Positions 35,127 through 47,800 of a stretch of DNA of 60,992 bases are shown one piece after another (position 1 is the stretch's first letter; every line of letters starts with the position of its first letter). Origin of the DNA: Neophaeotheca triangularis (taxonomy: Eukaryota); the NCBI GenBank assembly GCA_054600435.1, contig BAAIJX010000035.1, positions 186,001 through 246,992 of the forward strand, given 5' to 3'. The notes beneath the pieces are model-generated. The model made no database searches, was not told the DNA's origin, and was given only the letters and a program-made list of their open reading frames with translations. Both the position numbers and the translations under genes were made by a program.

Positions 35127-38100
35127 ATGGCCGAAGACGCTTCGCCCAAGCAGCAGCAGCCAATGCTGGCGCCGCCGGCTGTGACGGCACTGAAGAGCGA
35201 GGCTGCGAAGTCTGATCCCAAGCGGGGTAATATGGAGCGCACCAGCAGTATGGATTTCCGCGAGGAGAGGGAGGATTTGAAAAAGGCGGCCGAAGAGTCT
35301 ATGAATGCCATTCTCGAGTTGGATTTGGACGGTAAAGTGCGATGGGTCAGCCCTTCGTGGCAGCAATTGACGGGCCATGATGCCGGAGAGCTTCGTGGTC
35401 ACCCCATGGCGGATTTGGTGGCTGATCACAAGACGGTTTTTGCCGAGAGGTTGGAGAGTATGAGGCGGGATGATTCGAAGAGTCAGATTATTCGCTTTGC
35501 CGTGTGGGCTCCACAGGCTGCTAGTCCGCCGCAAGAGGATGCATCCGAGGATCAACAGGAGACACCCAAGATCGAGGAGCCCGACCCAGCAACGCTAGCG
35601 GAAAGTAGCCAGCTTTCTGATTCGGAGCCGACACCCTCTGAGCCGCAGCAGAGTGTGGATGAGGTGGTGGGACCGAAGCCGGAGAGTGCAGAGGACGAAG
35701 AGACGCCATGCCCTGAAAAGCCTGGGCAGCAGGAAGCAGCGATTCCGCTTGAAGCTCAGGGTATCATGGTTTACGATCGCTCTACTGGCGAGGAGAGTCA
35801 TACGATGTGGATGGTGAAGCCTGCAGTACACAGAGAGATCACCATTGACCTTCCGCCAGTTTTGGTGGAGTCTCTTGGCATTGGGGCAGAAATGCTGGCG
35901 AACTACCTTACATTACTCGCCGATGTTGGTGTGCACGACCCGCAGAACCACCCACCTCCGTTGCCCGTTCTTTGTCGCATCTGCGAGAGGCAGATTACAC
36001 CTTGGTGGTTTGAGAAGCACACGGAGCTTTGTTCGCAAGAGCACCGGGCCGAAATGGAAGTTCAAATGGCACAAGAGACCTTGAACGAACACCGTTCTTC
36101 GTTGGTAAAGGTGCTAGACGCGCTTGAAGCGCAGGCACGTTCTATGCGGCCTCAGCCTGCAGAAGCAAGCTCGCCCTCACCTGCTCCTAAGCCCGAATAT
36201 AAAGGCCTGCCCATTGGCGCCCAGTCAAACCCATCCTCTGGACCTTCCTCTGGACGCGCTTCGCCGGCTGCACATCAGCCTCGTTCTCGTGAATCTTCAA
36301 GCAGTGGACTGAGCCACACGAGGGCACGATCTTTTGCTGTCCGTCGTCCACTCGCACGCATCGTCGAGCTCGTGCTTGACCTTTGCGATACCGCGATGGA
36401 GATCAACACGCCTGCTATTAAGGATACGCGAGGCCAGTCGACGATGGATCTGCGCACCTTGTCTCCGCAATCCGAGGGTCGCATTCAGCAGGTTATGCAA
36501 TGGCAGTCACCCAGCTCGACATCGCTTGAAAACGAGCAAGGCCTGTCGCTGCTTTGCGATGACACTTCCCACCTGTCGAAAGCCAAAGTCGAAGCTGTGT
36601 TCCGTCACCGTAGGATCTTGGAGTATGCCGAAAGAATTCGTGTGGAATACGACTATTTGGTTCAAGAATGCATCGAGGCCGCTCTTCGCAAGGCTGCCCG
36701 CATCGCCAACGGAGAGCTGAGTGACTCTAGTGAGTCGACCGTTGACTCGGCAAAGTACGAAACGCCCGAGCAGGCAGGTGCCTCCTCGGACGAGATGGAG
36801 GACGCTCAGGAACATATTACTTTAGAAAACCCTTCGATAGCAGAGGTTTCCAGGTCGCTCCCTTCAGGCCCGACTGCCATGGCCATGGCCCTTCGCGAAC
36901 CGTCGGACGCTGGATTCAGTCGGCGCACTTCGTCCATTAGCTCCTCTCGAGCCAGCAGTCCGCGTGGAGGAAATACCACACCCAAGTCTTACGGTGGACA
37001 GTCAGAGCAATTCAATCTTCAGAAGCGTGGTTCTATTGCATTCGAAAGCGACACCGGCGCAGAGAGTGATACGAGCATGCGTTCTTCAGTGGCTTCTGCC
37101 TCTGGAAGCCATACAAGGAGGTCGCACTCCCCTGGTGCTGAACTCAGCTTGAGCCGGATGGCAAGCTCTCGCGAGCGTAAACGGAAGAGCTTGATTCTGC
37201 CCAGTCTGTCTGCAACCAGCAGGCATCAGTCTCCTGCCAGAGGACCTCCGCCTCCCTCGTCACCATTGAGGATGGCTAAGCCTCGTCTTCCAAGTGGCGC
37301 CGATAGCATCCCATCGCCAATTACGTCGCCTGTGCTTTCCACAAGCGAGTTCAACTCACCTGTAATTCGAGCACAGCACCAACATCATCATCACCGCCGA
37401 CAATCTTCCGCCGCAATGTCTGAAGCAATGGGCAGGCCAGCTTCTCCAAGACTTAGCGGCATCGTTAGCAACCCGCAACCCCGTGCCATACAAACCTCGA
37501 TCAAGGATTTTGAGATCATTAAACCCATCAGCAAGGGCGCTTTTGGGAGTGTATACCTCTCGAAGAAGAAGTCTACCGGCGACTACTACGCCATCAAAGT
37601 GCTCAAGAAGGCGGACATGGTCGCCAAAAACCAAGTCACCAATGTCAAAGCCGAACGTGCTATTATGATGTGGCAAGGCGAAAGTGACTTCGTCGCGAAG
37701 CTGTACTGGACGTTTTCAAGCAAGGACTACCTCTATCTAGTTATGGAGTACCTCAACGGTGGAGATTGCGCTTCGTTGATCAAAGTGCTGGGCAATTTGC
37801 CCGAAGACTGGACGAAGAAGTATATCGCGGAAGTAGTGCTGGGAGTACAGCATTTGCATGGCCGCCAGATTGTACACCGCGACTTGAAGCCAGACAATCT
37901 ACTCATCGACGCCAAGGGTCATCTCAAGCTTACTGATTTCGGTCTATCGCGAATGGGTCTCATCGGTCGTCAGAAGAGGGTGCTCAATAGCAAGACTGCG
38001 GATGGTCCACCGGATCTGCTTAAGCAGGGTCCTTTCCGTCGAGCGCCTTCGATGACCTCTTCTCGCGCGAGCTCTTTTGACTACCATGGTGCTGGCTCGT

Positions 38101-41100
38101 CGCCTGCGAATACGCCCAACATGACGCCAGCCTTCGGCAATGACCTAAGCCAGCCTTCGTACTTCAGCTTGAACAGAGAGCCTTCGCGCGAGCCATCTCG
38201 CAGGGCCTCGGGGCAACGCAGCGACAGTGGCGATAGCGACGCTCTCTCAGCAATGTTCAGGCGTTTCTCTGTCGCGGATAACCGCACCCCGATCGAGGAG
38301 GAAACGGTCGACCAGAATGGTGCTGAGTCGCCAGATCCTTATGCTCTGTCCCAGGTACCGAGCAATTCCAGCCAACATCCAAGGATTGGAACTCCGCCAC
38401 AGACAGCGATGCCTCCCCCACCCATGGCTCTGTTTGATCCCGAAGACAGCAACAGACGGTTCGTTGGTACACCAGACTACCTCGCGCCCGAGACCATCAA
38501 CGGCGCAGGCCAGGACGAGATGAGCGATTGGTGGTCTCTAGGCTGCATTCTGTTCGAGTGTCTCTATGGATGCCCGCCTTTCAACGCAGATACTCCAGAG
38601 GAGGTCTTCCAGAATATTTTGGCTCGTGCAATCCAGTGGCCACCGTTGGATGACGACGACGACCCGGCATCAGACGAAGCGAAAGATCTCATGAACAAGC
38701 TAATGTGCTTGGATCCTCGTGAACGCCTCGGCTCTAACAAACAAGGCAAGTTCGCTGATGGGGGCGAGGAGATTAGAGCCCATCCCTGGTTCTCGGACAT
38801 CAATTGGGAGACTATGCGGGACGACGAGGCCTCCTTTATTCCCAACAGCGAGAATCCTGAGGACACGGAGTACTTTGACGCCCGAGGGGCAACCATGCAG
38901 AACTTTGCCCATGAGTTCGACGATCAGGCGCCTTCGCCTTCTCACACGCCTGGCGGGGAGTACCCTGAGAGGCCGCATGATGCGCTGTCTCGCGTTAGAA
39001 GCCAGGTCAATGCCGTGAAGCGCAACCTCATGCCTCTTCATATACCCCCTCATGTCCGAGACGCTCGGTCCCGCCGACTCAGTGAGCCGGTTGTTGCCGA
39101 CGACTTTGGCAGCTTCCAGTTCAAGAACTTGCCTGTCCTAGAGAAGGCGAATAAAGATGTTATCCAGAAGCTTAGGAACGATGCGATGCAAGCTCAGGCT
39201 AAGACGGCGAATGGAACGTCGACACCAGCGACGACCTCAAATGCTGTCTCGCCGTCGCCCGCGCCGTCTCTCGATTCTAGTCCAGTGTTACCCATGCCGT
39301 TGAAGCGACAGCTTTCGGCCAACAAAGGCCATGGACATAACAGACCGCAATCCCCGTCGCTTCTGAAACACGACAATTCCTCGCCGAGCAGGGCATCGCA
39401 GCCGTCATCGCCGCTACTGGTCTCTTTCAGCGCTGGACAAAACCACGAGCGTCGCAAAACTTCCAGCGGATCCTCCAGTCTATCACAACAGACGAGTAAC
39501 AATTCTCTACAGCCCGGAAGCTTCTTTGAACAGGCGCCCCGCCTGCCCGTCTCTATGAAAGCAAATTCCACGGCACCGTCACCGGTCAAGAGTTCCAAGT
39601 CAGGATCAGTAAATTTCCCGCTGTCTCAGGGGCAGTCGAACGCGTCTCAACACCAGGGTAGCAATCTATCCTCTCCTCGGCAAAGGTCTCATACGGTCGG
39701 GTCTCAGGAAGGCGACCTCATGCCAAACCTAATGCCAAGCCACCACAAACGAAGGAGCCAGGTCTTTGATGTGTCGCCCTCGTCTTCGGACAATGAAGAG
39801 ACGCGACAGAAGGCGCTATTGCGCGTGCAAAGACGACGTCAAAGCTCTCGCAGGATGTCGCAGATTAGTCTCGCCGACGGGCCAAGCTTCCGAACGCTCG
39901 ACGTGCTAGTTTGCGAGGACCATCCAGTGTCTCGCTTGGTCATGGAGCGGTTATTGGAGAAGTTGCGCTGCCGCACCATTGCCGTTCAGAATGGAAGCGA
40001 GGCGATGCGCTACGCCATGACGGAGGTCAAATTTGATATCATCATGATGGAGTACAAGCTTCCACAGGTCAACGGGGCCGATGTGGCGCGCATGATACGC
40101 GACACCAAGAATGCCAACTCGCACACTCCGCTCGTTGCTGTCACTGGTTACCTCAAAGAGCTGCAGGCGCCACATCACTTCGACGCCCTGGTTGAAAAGC
40201 CGCCAACAAAGGAGAAACTGGAGGATGTCATGGGACGTCTATGCCAGTGGAAAGCGCGACCCGAGGGTTGGAAACCGATGAGTGCTCCTCAGCCTATACC
40301 AGGATCGGGTTTGAGACAAAACACCATGACTTCGGATGAGAGTCCTACTACGACCGCCTCGTCGGGCTTTGGTGGGTTCGGCCAAGTTCTGTCAAGCAGC
40401 TACCGTGGTTCGAGTCGTGAGCAATCCATCGGATCCAGCTCACTAGGCGAGACTGAGAGCCATTTCGACAGCATTCCGGTCATCATCAGCCGGCAAGCGA
40501 CCAACGAATGGCACGACTCGGACCTCGAGCGGAACTTCGGCGGTCTAGGCATATCGAATTCCAACATCGTCTCCAATACCACCACCGCCGAGCCCGAGCA
40601 AAAAACCACTCTCCCACCACACCCGGCTCTCTCCGAGCAACAAAGCGCGCCCGGTAACCTCGAGACCCCCGTCGCAACCCCCGTTGTCCGCAAACAGCCG
40701 TCCACCGAAGCCATCCAAGCCAAACGCATCTCGCAAGAAAAAACGCGCCATGAATCGGCCGCCGAATCCGGCGACGACGAAGACGAAGAGCTAGGCATGA
40801 GCGGCAACGTGCAAGTCCACCGCTCGCGCTCCCCCAAACGCACCCAGAAGCGAACTTCTAAGCTCGCCACCGAGATGATGCGCACCAACAGCCAAGGCAG
40901 CGTCATCTCTAGCGAAGACCTGATGGCGACGGTGCAGAGCAAAAACGCCGCGGCCGGGGACGACGGCGGCGGCGCGTCGAACAGTCTCGCTGAAGAAGCT
41001 ATAGCCGAAGAACCCGCTTCTGCGCCTACTTCGTCGATTTGTGGCGGCGAAGACGCCAAGACCGTTGCGGAAACCGGACACTTGACGCCACCTGTGATAT

Positions 41101-41360
41101 TCCCCCAGGACGCCGGTGGCCATCATCAGACGAATTTCATACCTCTGCAAGACTCTGCGCCACCGCAGCAGCCTGCGACTACAGTTCATACCGAGAACCA
41201 CCCTGGCGCCATCGCTTCCCCACCCCTTCCCAAGTCCGACGAGCTAATCGACCACCCCGACGCCGACGCCACTCCCAAAATCCAGCATGCCATCGACCCC
41301 GACCCGGATCCCACTCCTCGCGCTAGTAGCTCGCCTAGTCGACAGTCCGGGAATACGTGA
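35127..41360 (+). CDS. RIM15: Rim15/Cek1-type AGC Ser/Thr kinase with PAS domain, Zn-finger, split kinase domain and receiver domain (2077 aa, intronless)
   Basis: N-terminal PAS (ILELDLDGKVRWVSPSW); CRICERQITPWWFEKHTELC; kinase IKPISKGAFGSV...HRDLKPDN...LTDFGLS, long insert, then FVGTPDYLAPE; C-terminal receiver VLVCEDHPV...FDIIMME. Confidence 0.95.
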   Translation: MAEDASPKQQQPMLAPPAVTALKSEAAKSDPKRGNMERTSSMDFREEREDLKKAAEESMNAILELDLDGKVRWVSPSWQQLTGHDAGELRGHPMADLVADHKTVFAERLESMRRDDSKSQIIRFAVWAPQAASPPQEDASEDQQETPKIEEPDPATLAESSQLSDSEPTPSEPQQSVDEVVGPKPESAEDEETPCPEKPGQQEAAIPLEAQGIMVYDRSTGEESHTMWMVKPAVHREITIDLPPVLVESLGIGAEMLANYLTLLADVGVHDPQNHPPPLPVLCRICERQITPWWFEKHTELCSQEHRAEMEVQMAQETLNEHRSSLVKVLDALEAQARSMRPQPAEASSPSPAPKPEYKGLPIGAQSNPSSGPSSGRASPAAHQPRSRESSSSGLSHTRARSFAVRRPLARIVELVLDLCDTAMEINTPAIKDTRGQSTMDLRTLSPQSEGRIQQVMQWQSPSSTSLENEQGLSLLCDDTSHLSKAKVEAVFRHRRILEYAERIRVEYDYLVQECIEAALRKAARIANGELSDSSESTVDSAKYETPEQAGASSDEMEDAQEHITLENPSIAEVSRSLPSGPTAMAMALREPSDAGFSRRTSSISSSRASSPRGGNTTPKSYGGQSEQFNLQKRGSIAFESDTGAESDTSMRSSVASASGSHTRRSHSPGAELSLSRMASSRERKRKSLILPSLSATSRHQSPARGPPPPSSPLRMAKPRLPSGADSIPSPITSPVLSTSEFNSPVIRAQHQHHHHRRQSSAAMSEAMGRPASPRLSGIVSNPQPRAIQTSIKDFEIIKPISKGAFGSVYLSKKKSTGDYYAIKVLKKADMVAKNQVTNVKAERAIMMWQGESDFVAKLYWTFSSKDYLYLVMEYLNGGDCASLIKVLGNLPEDWTKKYIAEVVLGVQHLHGRQIVHRDLKPDNLLIDAKGHLKLTDFGLSRMGLIGRQKRVLNSKTADGPPDLLKQGPFRRAPSMTSSRASSFDYHGAGSSPANTPNMTPAFGNDLSQPSYFSLNREPSREPSRRASGQRSDSGDSDALSAMFRRFSVADNRTPIEEETVDQNGAESPDPYALSQVPSNSSQHPRIGTPPQTAMPPPPMALFDPEDSNRRFVGTPDYLAPETINGAGQDEMSDWWSLGCILFECLYGCPPFNADTPEEVFQNILARAIQWPPLDDDDDPASDEAKDLMNKLMCLDPRERLGSNKQGKFADGGEEIRAHPWFSDINWETMRDDEASFIPNSENPEDTEYFDARGATMQNFAHEFDDQAPSPSHTPGGEYPERPHDALSRVRSQVNAVKRNLMPLHIPPHVRDARSRRLSEPVVADDFGSFQFKNLPVLEKANKDVIQKLRNDAMQAQAKTANGTSTPATTSNAVSPSPAPSLDSSPVLPMPLKRQLSANKGHGHNRPQSPSLLKHDNSSPSRASQPSSPLLVSFSAGQNHERRKTSSGSSSLSQQTSNNSLQPGSFFEQAPRLPVSMKANSTAPSPVKSSKSGSVNFPLSQGQSNASQHQGSNLSSPRQRSHTVGSQEGDLMPNLMPSHHKRRSQVFDVSPSSSDNEETRQKALLRVQRRRQSSRRMSQISLADGPSFRTLDVLVCEDHPVSRLVMERLLEKLRCRTIAVQNGSEAMRYAMTEVKFDIIMMEYKLPQVNGADVARMIRDTKNANSHTPLVAVTGYLKELQAPHHFDALVEKPPTKEKLEDVMGRLCQWKARPEGWKPMSAPQPIPGSGLRQNTMTSDESPTTTASSGFGGFGQVLSSSYRGSSREQSIGSSSLGETESHFDSIPVIISRQATNEWHDSDLERNFGGLGISNSNIVSNTTTAEPEQKTTLPPHPALSEQQSAPGNLETPVATPVVRKQPSTEAIQAKRISQEKTRHESAAESGDDEDEELGMSGNVQVHRSRSPKRTQKRTSKLATEMMRTNSQGSVISSEDLMATVQSKNAAAGDDGGGASNSLAEEAIAEEPASAPTSSICGGEDAKTVAETGHLTPPVIFPQDAGGHHQTNFIPLQDSAPPQQPATTVHTENHPGAIASPPLPKSDELIDHPDADATPKIQHAIDPDPDPTPRASSSPSRQSGNT

Positions 41361-42763
41361 ACAAGGAAGAACGACAAAAGGAGGGGGCTGGGAAGCGAGT
41401 TGCCTTTCACTGCACAAGCATCCGTCTCTAGGGGATTTTAGTCTTTCCTATGTATCTGCTTTTAGGCTTTTGGCTTTCCAATGAGGTACGGGTATCTAGC
41501 ATGGTGTTGGAGGCGCCTTTTTTTTCCTAGCTTGGGATCCTTTTTCTGCCTTGTTGTTGTTGTAGTAGTTGGAAGAAAGAAGTATCTTTTCTGATATAAC
41601 ATCTTGGGATTTGTTTACTAAGGGTTTTACTAAGGGAGAGGGGTTGTCTTATTCGTGGAGTCAATGCTTACTGGGAATTTCGGGGGGGTAAGACGCTCGT
41701 TCTGTCCTTTCTAAAGCTGAAGGGGAAGGGTGTGGGGTTGGTATGGTTTGAAACTGCTGGGCAGAATTCGTCGGAGGGATGGCAATGGAGCAGGGCGCCC
41801 AGATGGTGACAGCAGAATGCCTAAGAAATTGGTCCGAGCTATTTCTCATCAGCCTCGCGGCCACTATTGTGCCTTCTCACCTCTCGACAACCACCTATAG
41901 CAAGTCTTAAGGCCTCCTCCCCCACGGCTATAGCAAGGTCTCGAGAGGAGGCATTGTGAAATTCGCCGGAGACGCGTACACTCGATCACCCTAAGTGAGC
42001 ACTGTGTTCTCCCCCGGCGGTAGCTACCTGTCTTGCGTTTGATACTGCAGCTCCCGAGTAGGTGAGCGATAGGTCTTGTCTCTTCCTTAACCGCTTTATA
42101 CGCTGCTATAAACAAAGGGTAGCGGCGTACTATGCATCCGCCCGGAAGATGACAAGTACGCTCCACACCCGACTTGTTGCGCATTTTGCTGTCATGGCTT
42201 CTGCGGAGGTGGGTGTGGTGCAGACCCAGCGCCTTTTTTTCTTTCTTTAATCTTGCAAGTCCGCTTCTCCGTGCTCTGCTGTCTACTGCGTGTATTGTCT
42301 ATGTTAATTTAGGGATGGTTGATTGGAACAGGAGGTAGTGCAAAGTGCGCTTCCTGTTGAGGGTAAATTCTCCTAAAGAGGTTTGTTTGGTGGACGACAA
42401 GAGCTACAAAAGTCTCGCGCACATTGTTTGATGGGATGTGGTGTAATGTTTGCAAATTCCCCCCCCCAGCGCCTCGCTTACCCAGGAAAAGCAATGATGG
42501 GGCCTCCTCTTTTTCTCTTCTTCGCTCTCGAGGTTGTAGACTCCCGAGCACGTGAAGGCTTAGGAAGCGTGCTTGGCGATATACCGGCTTCCGACTAAAC
42601 CTTCCCTCCTTCTGGTCGTTTATCTGTACGCTGTTTCTCATCAAAAGGTCTGTAGCAGGCTCTGCAGATATGTATCCGAAGCCGCCGCAGCAGCTTAAGG
42701 GTGCCAAGTTCCCTTCCTCTCGAACGATCATCACACCCAACTTCCCAAACCCGCATCACCGCT

Positions 42764-43401
42764 TCAAGAGAAATTCCTCAGCGTAGAGATGTCATTGAGA
42801 GCGCGCGCCAAGTCGTCATCGCTAATCTTGCCCTCGAGCGAGGGGATGAGTGTGCGCGCTTCCTCAGGCGTGTCGCAGCAGAGGGTAGCTAGACGAAAAG
42901 AACACAAGTCAGCGCCACAACGTCACTTGAGACCGAAAGTCCAGGGAAAAAGCGTGAAAGAAACTCACCCAACTGCGCCCTCTCAAACCCCTTCAAACCC
43001 CTCCCCTCATCCCCCTGATAAGCGCCCTCAGCCAACTCATTCGAAATCCGCTCAACCTGGCTCACAGTCTCCCGATCTCCAAAGCGCCCAAACTCCTTGC
43101 AATACTCGCGCGCTTTGATGTAGATATCGTTGTTGCTGACAGGTCGGTTCTTGTTGACTTGCTGGTTTTCGAGCACGGTCATCAATTCGCGCGTTTCGGC
43201 GATGCTGAGGCAGGGGATGTTGGAGAATTCGCCCAGGCGCAGGGTTGTGGTCGCTTCTTCGTCGCCGGTGAGAGGGGGGCGGCGCCGGGATTGGGAGGAG
43301 GGTATGTGGGGGGCTAAGGGGTTCGTGGTTGTCGGCGGCGCGTTTTGGTGGGTTGGGTTGCCGCTAGTGGTGGTGCCGTTGGTTGTTGGGGCGTCCTCCA
43401 T
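42764..43401 (-). CDS. RPB4: RNA polymerase II subunit Rpb4; exons 43401-42969 and 42888-42764 (185 aa)
   Basis: DEEATTTLRLGEFSNIPCLSIAE...YCKEFGRF...FERAQL|ATLCCDTPEEARTLIPSLEGKISDDDL...ISTLR matches the Rpb4 HRDC-like domain. Intron 42968-42889 (GTGAGT...TAG). Confidence 0.92.
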
Positions 43402-44114
43402 GGTGTGCTTCTTTGGGAGACGGGATGGTGTTGAGCAGGTGGGTCGAAGGTGAGTGTGTAGGTGAGTAAGGTACTGAGTACTTTTAGGCAGTGGTTATAG
43501 GTGAAGGCGGAGTGGAGATGGCGCTGGCTGGCTGCGGTACCTGCATGTGAAAGCTGTATATGCATGTATGCCTGATGAAAGCCTGCCCCGACGGGAGTGT
43601 CCGCTTAGTTCTGTGCATGTGCCGGCTAGTAGTAGTGTTGGCAACGAGACGGGAATCTGCTAAAACGGATCCACGTTTAAACGCTACTAAGGTATGGAAG
43701 GTACTGTAAATTAGGTACCTACCTTACCTACCTTACGTTTTACTTTTAATACATCTAATTAAGGTTTGATGGCTCAACTCTTCCTTTCTGACCGCGCTAT
43801 TTGATTGAGCTTTATTGGGAAATTCATTGGAGCGAGGGACTTGGGTTGTTTCTCTACCTAGGTAAGCCGCCGAAGAGGTGGGAATTCCATGCAAATCTAA
43901 ACATCTAGGAAAAGAACAATATTGCGTGACTTATGGCTATGAGGAGACGACTCCACATGGCACGCAGACTTCAGTACTCTACTCTGGTAGTAGTCAATAT
44001 CATCGAATTATTCTTGTCTCGTCCGCGTCATGTTTCTGCAAAATAAAACGTGTAAACGAAGTATTCGAAACACTCTCGAGATCTCGAGTATGGAGAATAA
44101 AATGCATAACTACA

Positions 44115-44146
<32 letters not shown>
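44115..44146. repeat. (TAT)10 microsatellite
   Basis: Read directly; it produces the spurious poly-Tyr ORF 43878-44333. Confidence 0.9.
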
Positions 44147-44147
<1 letters not shown>

Positions 44148-44552
44148 ACATCACATATTTCTCTTGTTCCACCGTTACAGACGTCCAATTTTAAAGTGAC
44201 TCGGCAGGCGCCGTTTCCAAAAGCCAGTAGTGGCAGCAGCGCACAGGCTGCACCCGCGCATCTAACTACAACAGTAGTTACACCCCAGACTGCTACTCGG
44301 AAGTGCTTCTGCAACATCCAGCAGCACCGTTAGCACCACCACCACCACCACCACTGCCATCGCTCGTCTACACGCCCTCCCCCATTCCCCCACCTACAAC
44401 ACGGGTCGCATCCTGTTGTTGCGCCCACCGAATCCGCCACTGTTCTCCGCCACACGTTGACGAGGACTGCAGACACAATAAACCCCCGTGAAGCGCAGAC
44501 CCTCGGCGGAGCGATCCACTCTCCGCAGTCCATGTTTCATTAGCACCCGCAT

Positions 44553-44591
44553 CACCACCACCACCACCACCACCACCACCACCACCACCAC
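44553..44591. repeat. (CAC)13 microsatellite upstream of the LIM-RhoGAP gene
   Basis: Perfect CAC run read directly; a shorter CAC run lies near 44334-44354. Confidence 0.9.
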
Positions 44592-44818
44592 CGCTACACT
44601 TTCCCTACCACGTCGCCTTCCTCCATCTTTCCAAGGCCAGTCAATCCAGCCACTGCATACGGTCGAAGCTGGCGTCGTCGCTGCCGACTCGCGCCCTCCA
44701 TCACAAGACTCGTCCGGCATAACAACAAACATCCGCTTGCTTCAAGCACACTGCCATCTTTGAAGCAAACCACTCATAGCACGCGCCAAGCATCCAGGGA
44801 GACCCAGCATTGTCTGGG

Positions 44819-47800
44819 ATGGGTCTCCCCTCGGGTGATGAGAGGCCACCGGGGCCAATCAACGGCTCCTCTTTCTACGATGACACCCCGGATACATACG
44901 AGGCGCAAGAGCCGCAACAACCTCCCGATGGTCAGGACATGACCGTGACACACCGACAACAGCGTAGTATCGACAACGCACAGTCGAAGGAAGGCAGGAC
45001 TGATGAGGATGTAACAACACCCTCGACGAGAGAGCGGTCACGGCCCGATGGAAAGAGGAAGCACAGCGACAAACAACGTTTGTGTGGAAAGTGCAAGAGA
45101 AATCTAGCCGGGCAATTTGTGCGAGCGCTGGGCGACACATATCATCTAGAGTGCTTCACGTGTCATGTGCGTAGTCGACACCCACCCAAACAACGCATCC
45201 TTTCCAGCTAACACACTACATCCTCAGGACTGTGACAAGATTGTCGCTTCCAAATTCTTTCCGGTGCCCGATAGTCCTCCAAACCAATACCCCCTCTGCG
45301 AGACCGACTACTTCCGCCGCCTCGACCTCCTATGCTTCGCTTGCGGAGGGGCACTACGAGGCTCCTACATTACAGCTTTAGATCGAAAGTACCACGTCGA
45401 GCACTTTACGTGTAGTGTCTGCCCGACTGTATTTGGCGCGCAAGACTCGTACTACGAGCACGATGGCTCCGTCTACTGCCACTACCACTACTCGACAAAG
45501 TTCGCGCAAAAATGCAACGGCTGCCAGACGGCGATCCTCAAACAATTTGTGCAGATTTTCAGAAATGGCGTCGATCAACATTGGCACCCTGAGTGCTATA
45601 TGATTCACAAGTACTGGAATGTGAGGTTGCACGCTGCGCCGTCGAAGAGTGCAGAGGCGCATGAGCAGAGGCTTGTGGAGCAGGAGGCGGTCAGCACGGA
45701 GCTGGGTGAGCAGGATGCGAGCGAGGAGATGAGACGTGTTGTTCGAAACGAAGAGGAAGCGGTCGAGTACAAAGTGCACTGGATTTGGCAGACGTTGTCC
45801 ACTTTCGAGGAACGCAGCGCGACGTGCATTTCGGATATGTTGCTTCACGTGAGCAATGGCGCGTACATGGAGGGCGTTAATGCGGCTAAGAAGTTCATTA
45901 CGCATGTTGATTTGCTGTTCACGGCTGCCGACGATTTGGACCACAGATTACAAACAAGGCCGGGTAGAGGACAAGAAAAGAGCGTACGGACTTTTGAGAC
46001 GATTGTGCATCCTGGGTTGAGTTATAGTAGAGAGGCCAAGCTTCTCTGCAAAAAGGTCGTGGCTTTTTTCCAATTGCTTGCTGAAAGTCAGGATACCGGT
46101 GTGAGGCGATTGGGCGTTACGCAGGAGCTCTTGAGTTTGGTTACTGGGCTGGCGCATTACCTCAAATTGATGATCAGGATATGCCTTTCTGGTGCTCTGA
46201 AGCTTGAGCGCGAGACCGGTAGTGCCGAGGGCTTGGAGATCTTCCTCGAGGACATCAGCAAACTGGACGAACGACTGGACACTGAGAGCAAACGCGACTC
46301 GAGGGCAGACGCGGAGGCTTACGTGGACAAGACGGCAGACAGCTGTTTGGTCTGCTCGAAGCCAGTCGAGGATCGATGTTTGCGGTGCGCCGACAGGGTA
46401 CTGCACGTCCCGTGTCTGGCATGCGCCAAGTGTGGCAAGGAGCTCAGCAGCAACCCAGACGCTGCCAGATGGAGCGATCAGAGAGGCGCCATCTATTGCG
46501 AAGCACACGCCCCGTCAGAAGGCAGGCCGACGACTTTCACATCAGTTTCGAGGCTACAACAGTATGTGCATCTCCTACGAGTAGCGCACGCTCGCCTTCT
46601 TGCGACCCTTCGGACGAGTGGCGCTCTACCACATACCAGCGATGACCCCAACCTGGCCGACTACGATTCGACCGAGGGCCACAGGGTCGCTGGCAGTGGA
46701 CGCTCTGACGAGCCGCCTCTGCTCAGATCAAACACCAGGTCACGATCGTATGCTGGAAGATCCGAAAACCAAAGAGAGCAGGAGAGCTACGAAGATACCA
46801 TGGGAGATATTCGCCGTCTGCGCTCAACACGCATGGAAAAGGAAATCTCCAACGCCGGTCGTAAAGCCCGCAGTTCCCGAATAATAGACGGGCCTGAAGG
46901 TATGCGTCCTGGCTCAGCAGAAGGTGGGAAGGGCCCCCCTGAAAGGCGGAGGACCGGTAATTTTCAAATCGTCGATGACCGCGACGCCAATGGCGAGCCC
47001 ATTTCCCAACTCGGATTCAACAGCGATGCAATAACACTAGACGACATACCTCGGATGGTGCAGGCACAGCAGACGCGCGAGCAACGGCCCAATGCCGCCA
47101 AATACGCCAAAACCATGATACCGCAAGAACCACGGGCGCGACTCGTCGATGGCCATGTCCGGGACGGTTCCGACGCGCAGGAGAGAGGAGGGTTGGCGAA
47201 CATGAGTGACGGCCGCCCTTTAGGGACTAAACGCTACTTCTCCGAGCTCACGGCGCTGGAGTACTTCATCGTACGGCATGTTGCGGTATTGTCCATGGAA
47301 CCCCTGCTAGAAGGCCACTTCAATCAAGAAGAGCTCCTAGACCTGATCGAAACCAAACGTGGCGGTGGCGGCGGAGGCACCTTCTGGTCGAAGTTTGGCC
47401 TCAAAGCATTCCAACCAAAGACGTCCAAGAACCCCAAAGGCTCGGCAAAATACAAAGACACGGCCATCTTCGGCGTACCCCTCGAAACACTCCTCGAGCG
47501 CGACTACGAAGAATCCACCGATGGTGTTGGGCCCGGAAGTCTCAAAATCCCCAGTCTGGTGCAAGAGTCCGTCTCAGCGATGAAAACAATGGACATGTCA
47601 GTCGAAGGTGTCTTCCGCAAAAACGGCAACATCAAACGCCTCAACGATGTCAAAGAAACCATCGATACGGCCGGCATTGGCGAAGTCGACCTCACAAAGG
47701 AAAACCCCGTGCAAGTCGCCGCGCTCCTGAAGAAATTCCTCCGTGAACTTCCCGACCCCCTGCTCACCCACAAACTCCACAAGCTGTGGATAACATCCCA

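Noticed and set aside
43878..44763. Poly-Tyr, poly-Thr, poly-Val and poly-Trp ORFs
   Set aside because: They are translations of the (TAT)n and (CAC)n microsatellites.
45970..46014. Possible exonised 45-nt intron in LRG1 (GQEKSVRTFETIVHP)
   Set aside because: It looks like an insertion but has no canonical donor, branch or acceptor; it cannot be supported without an orthologue alignment.
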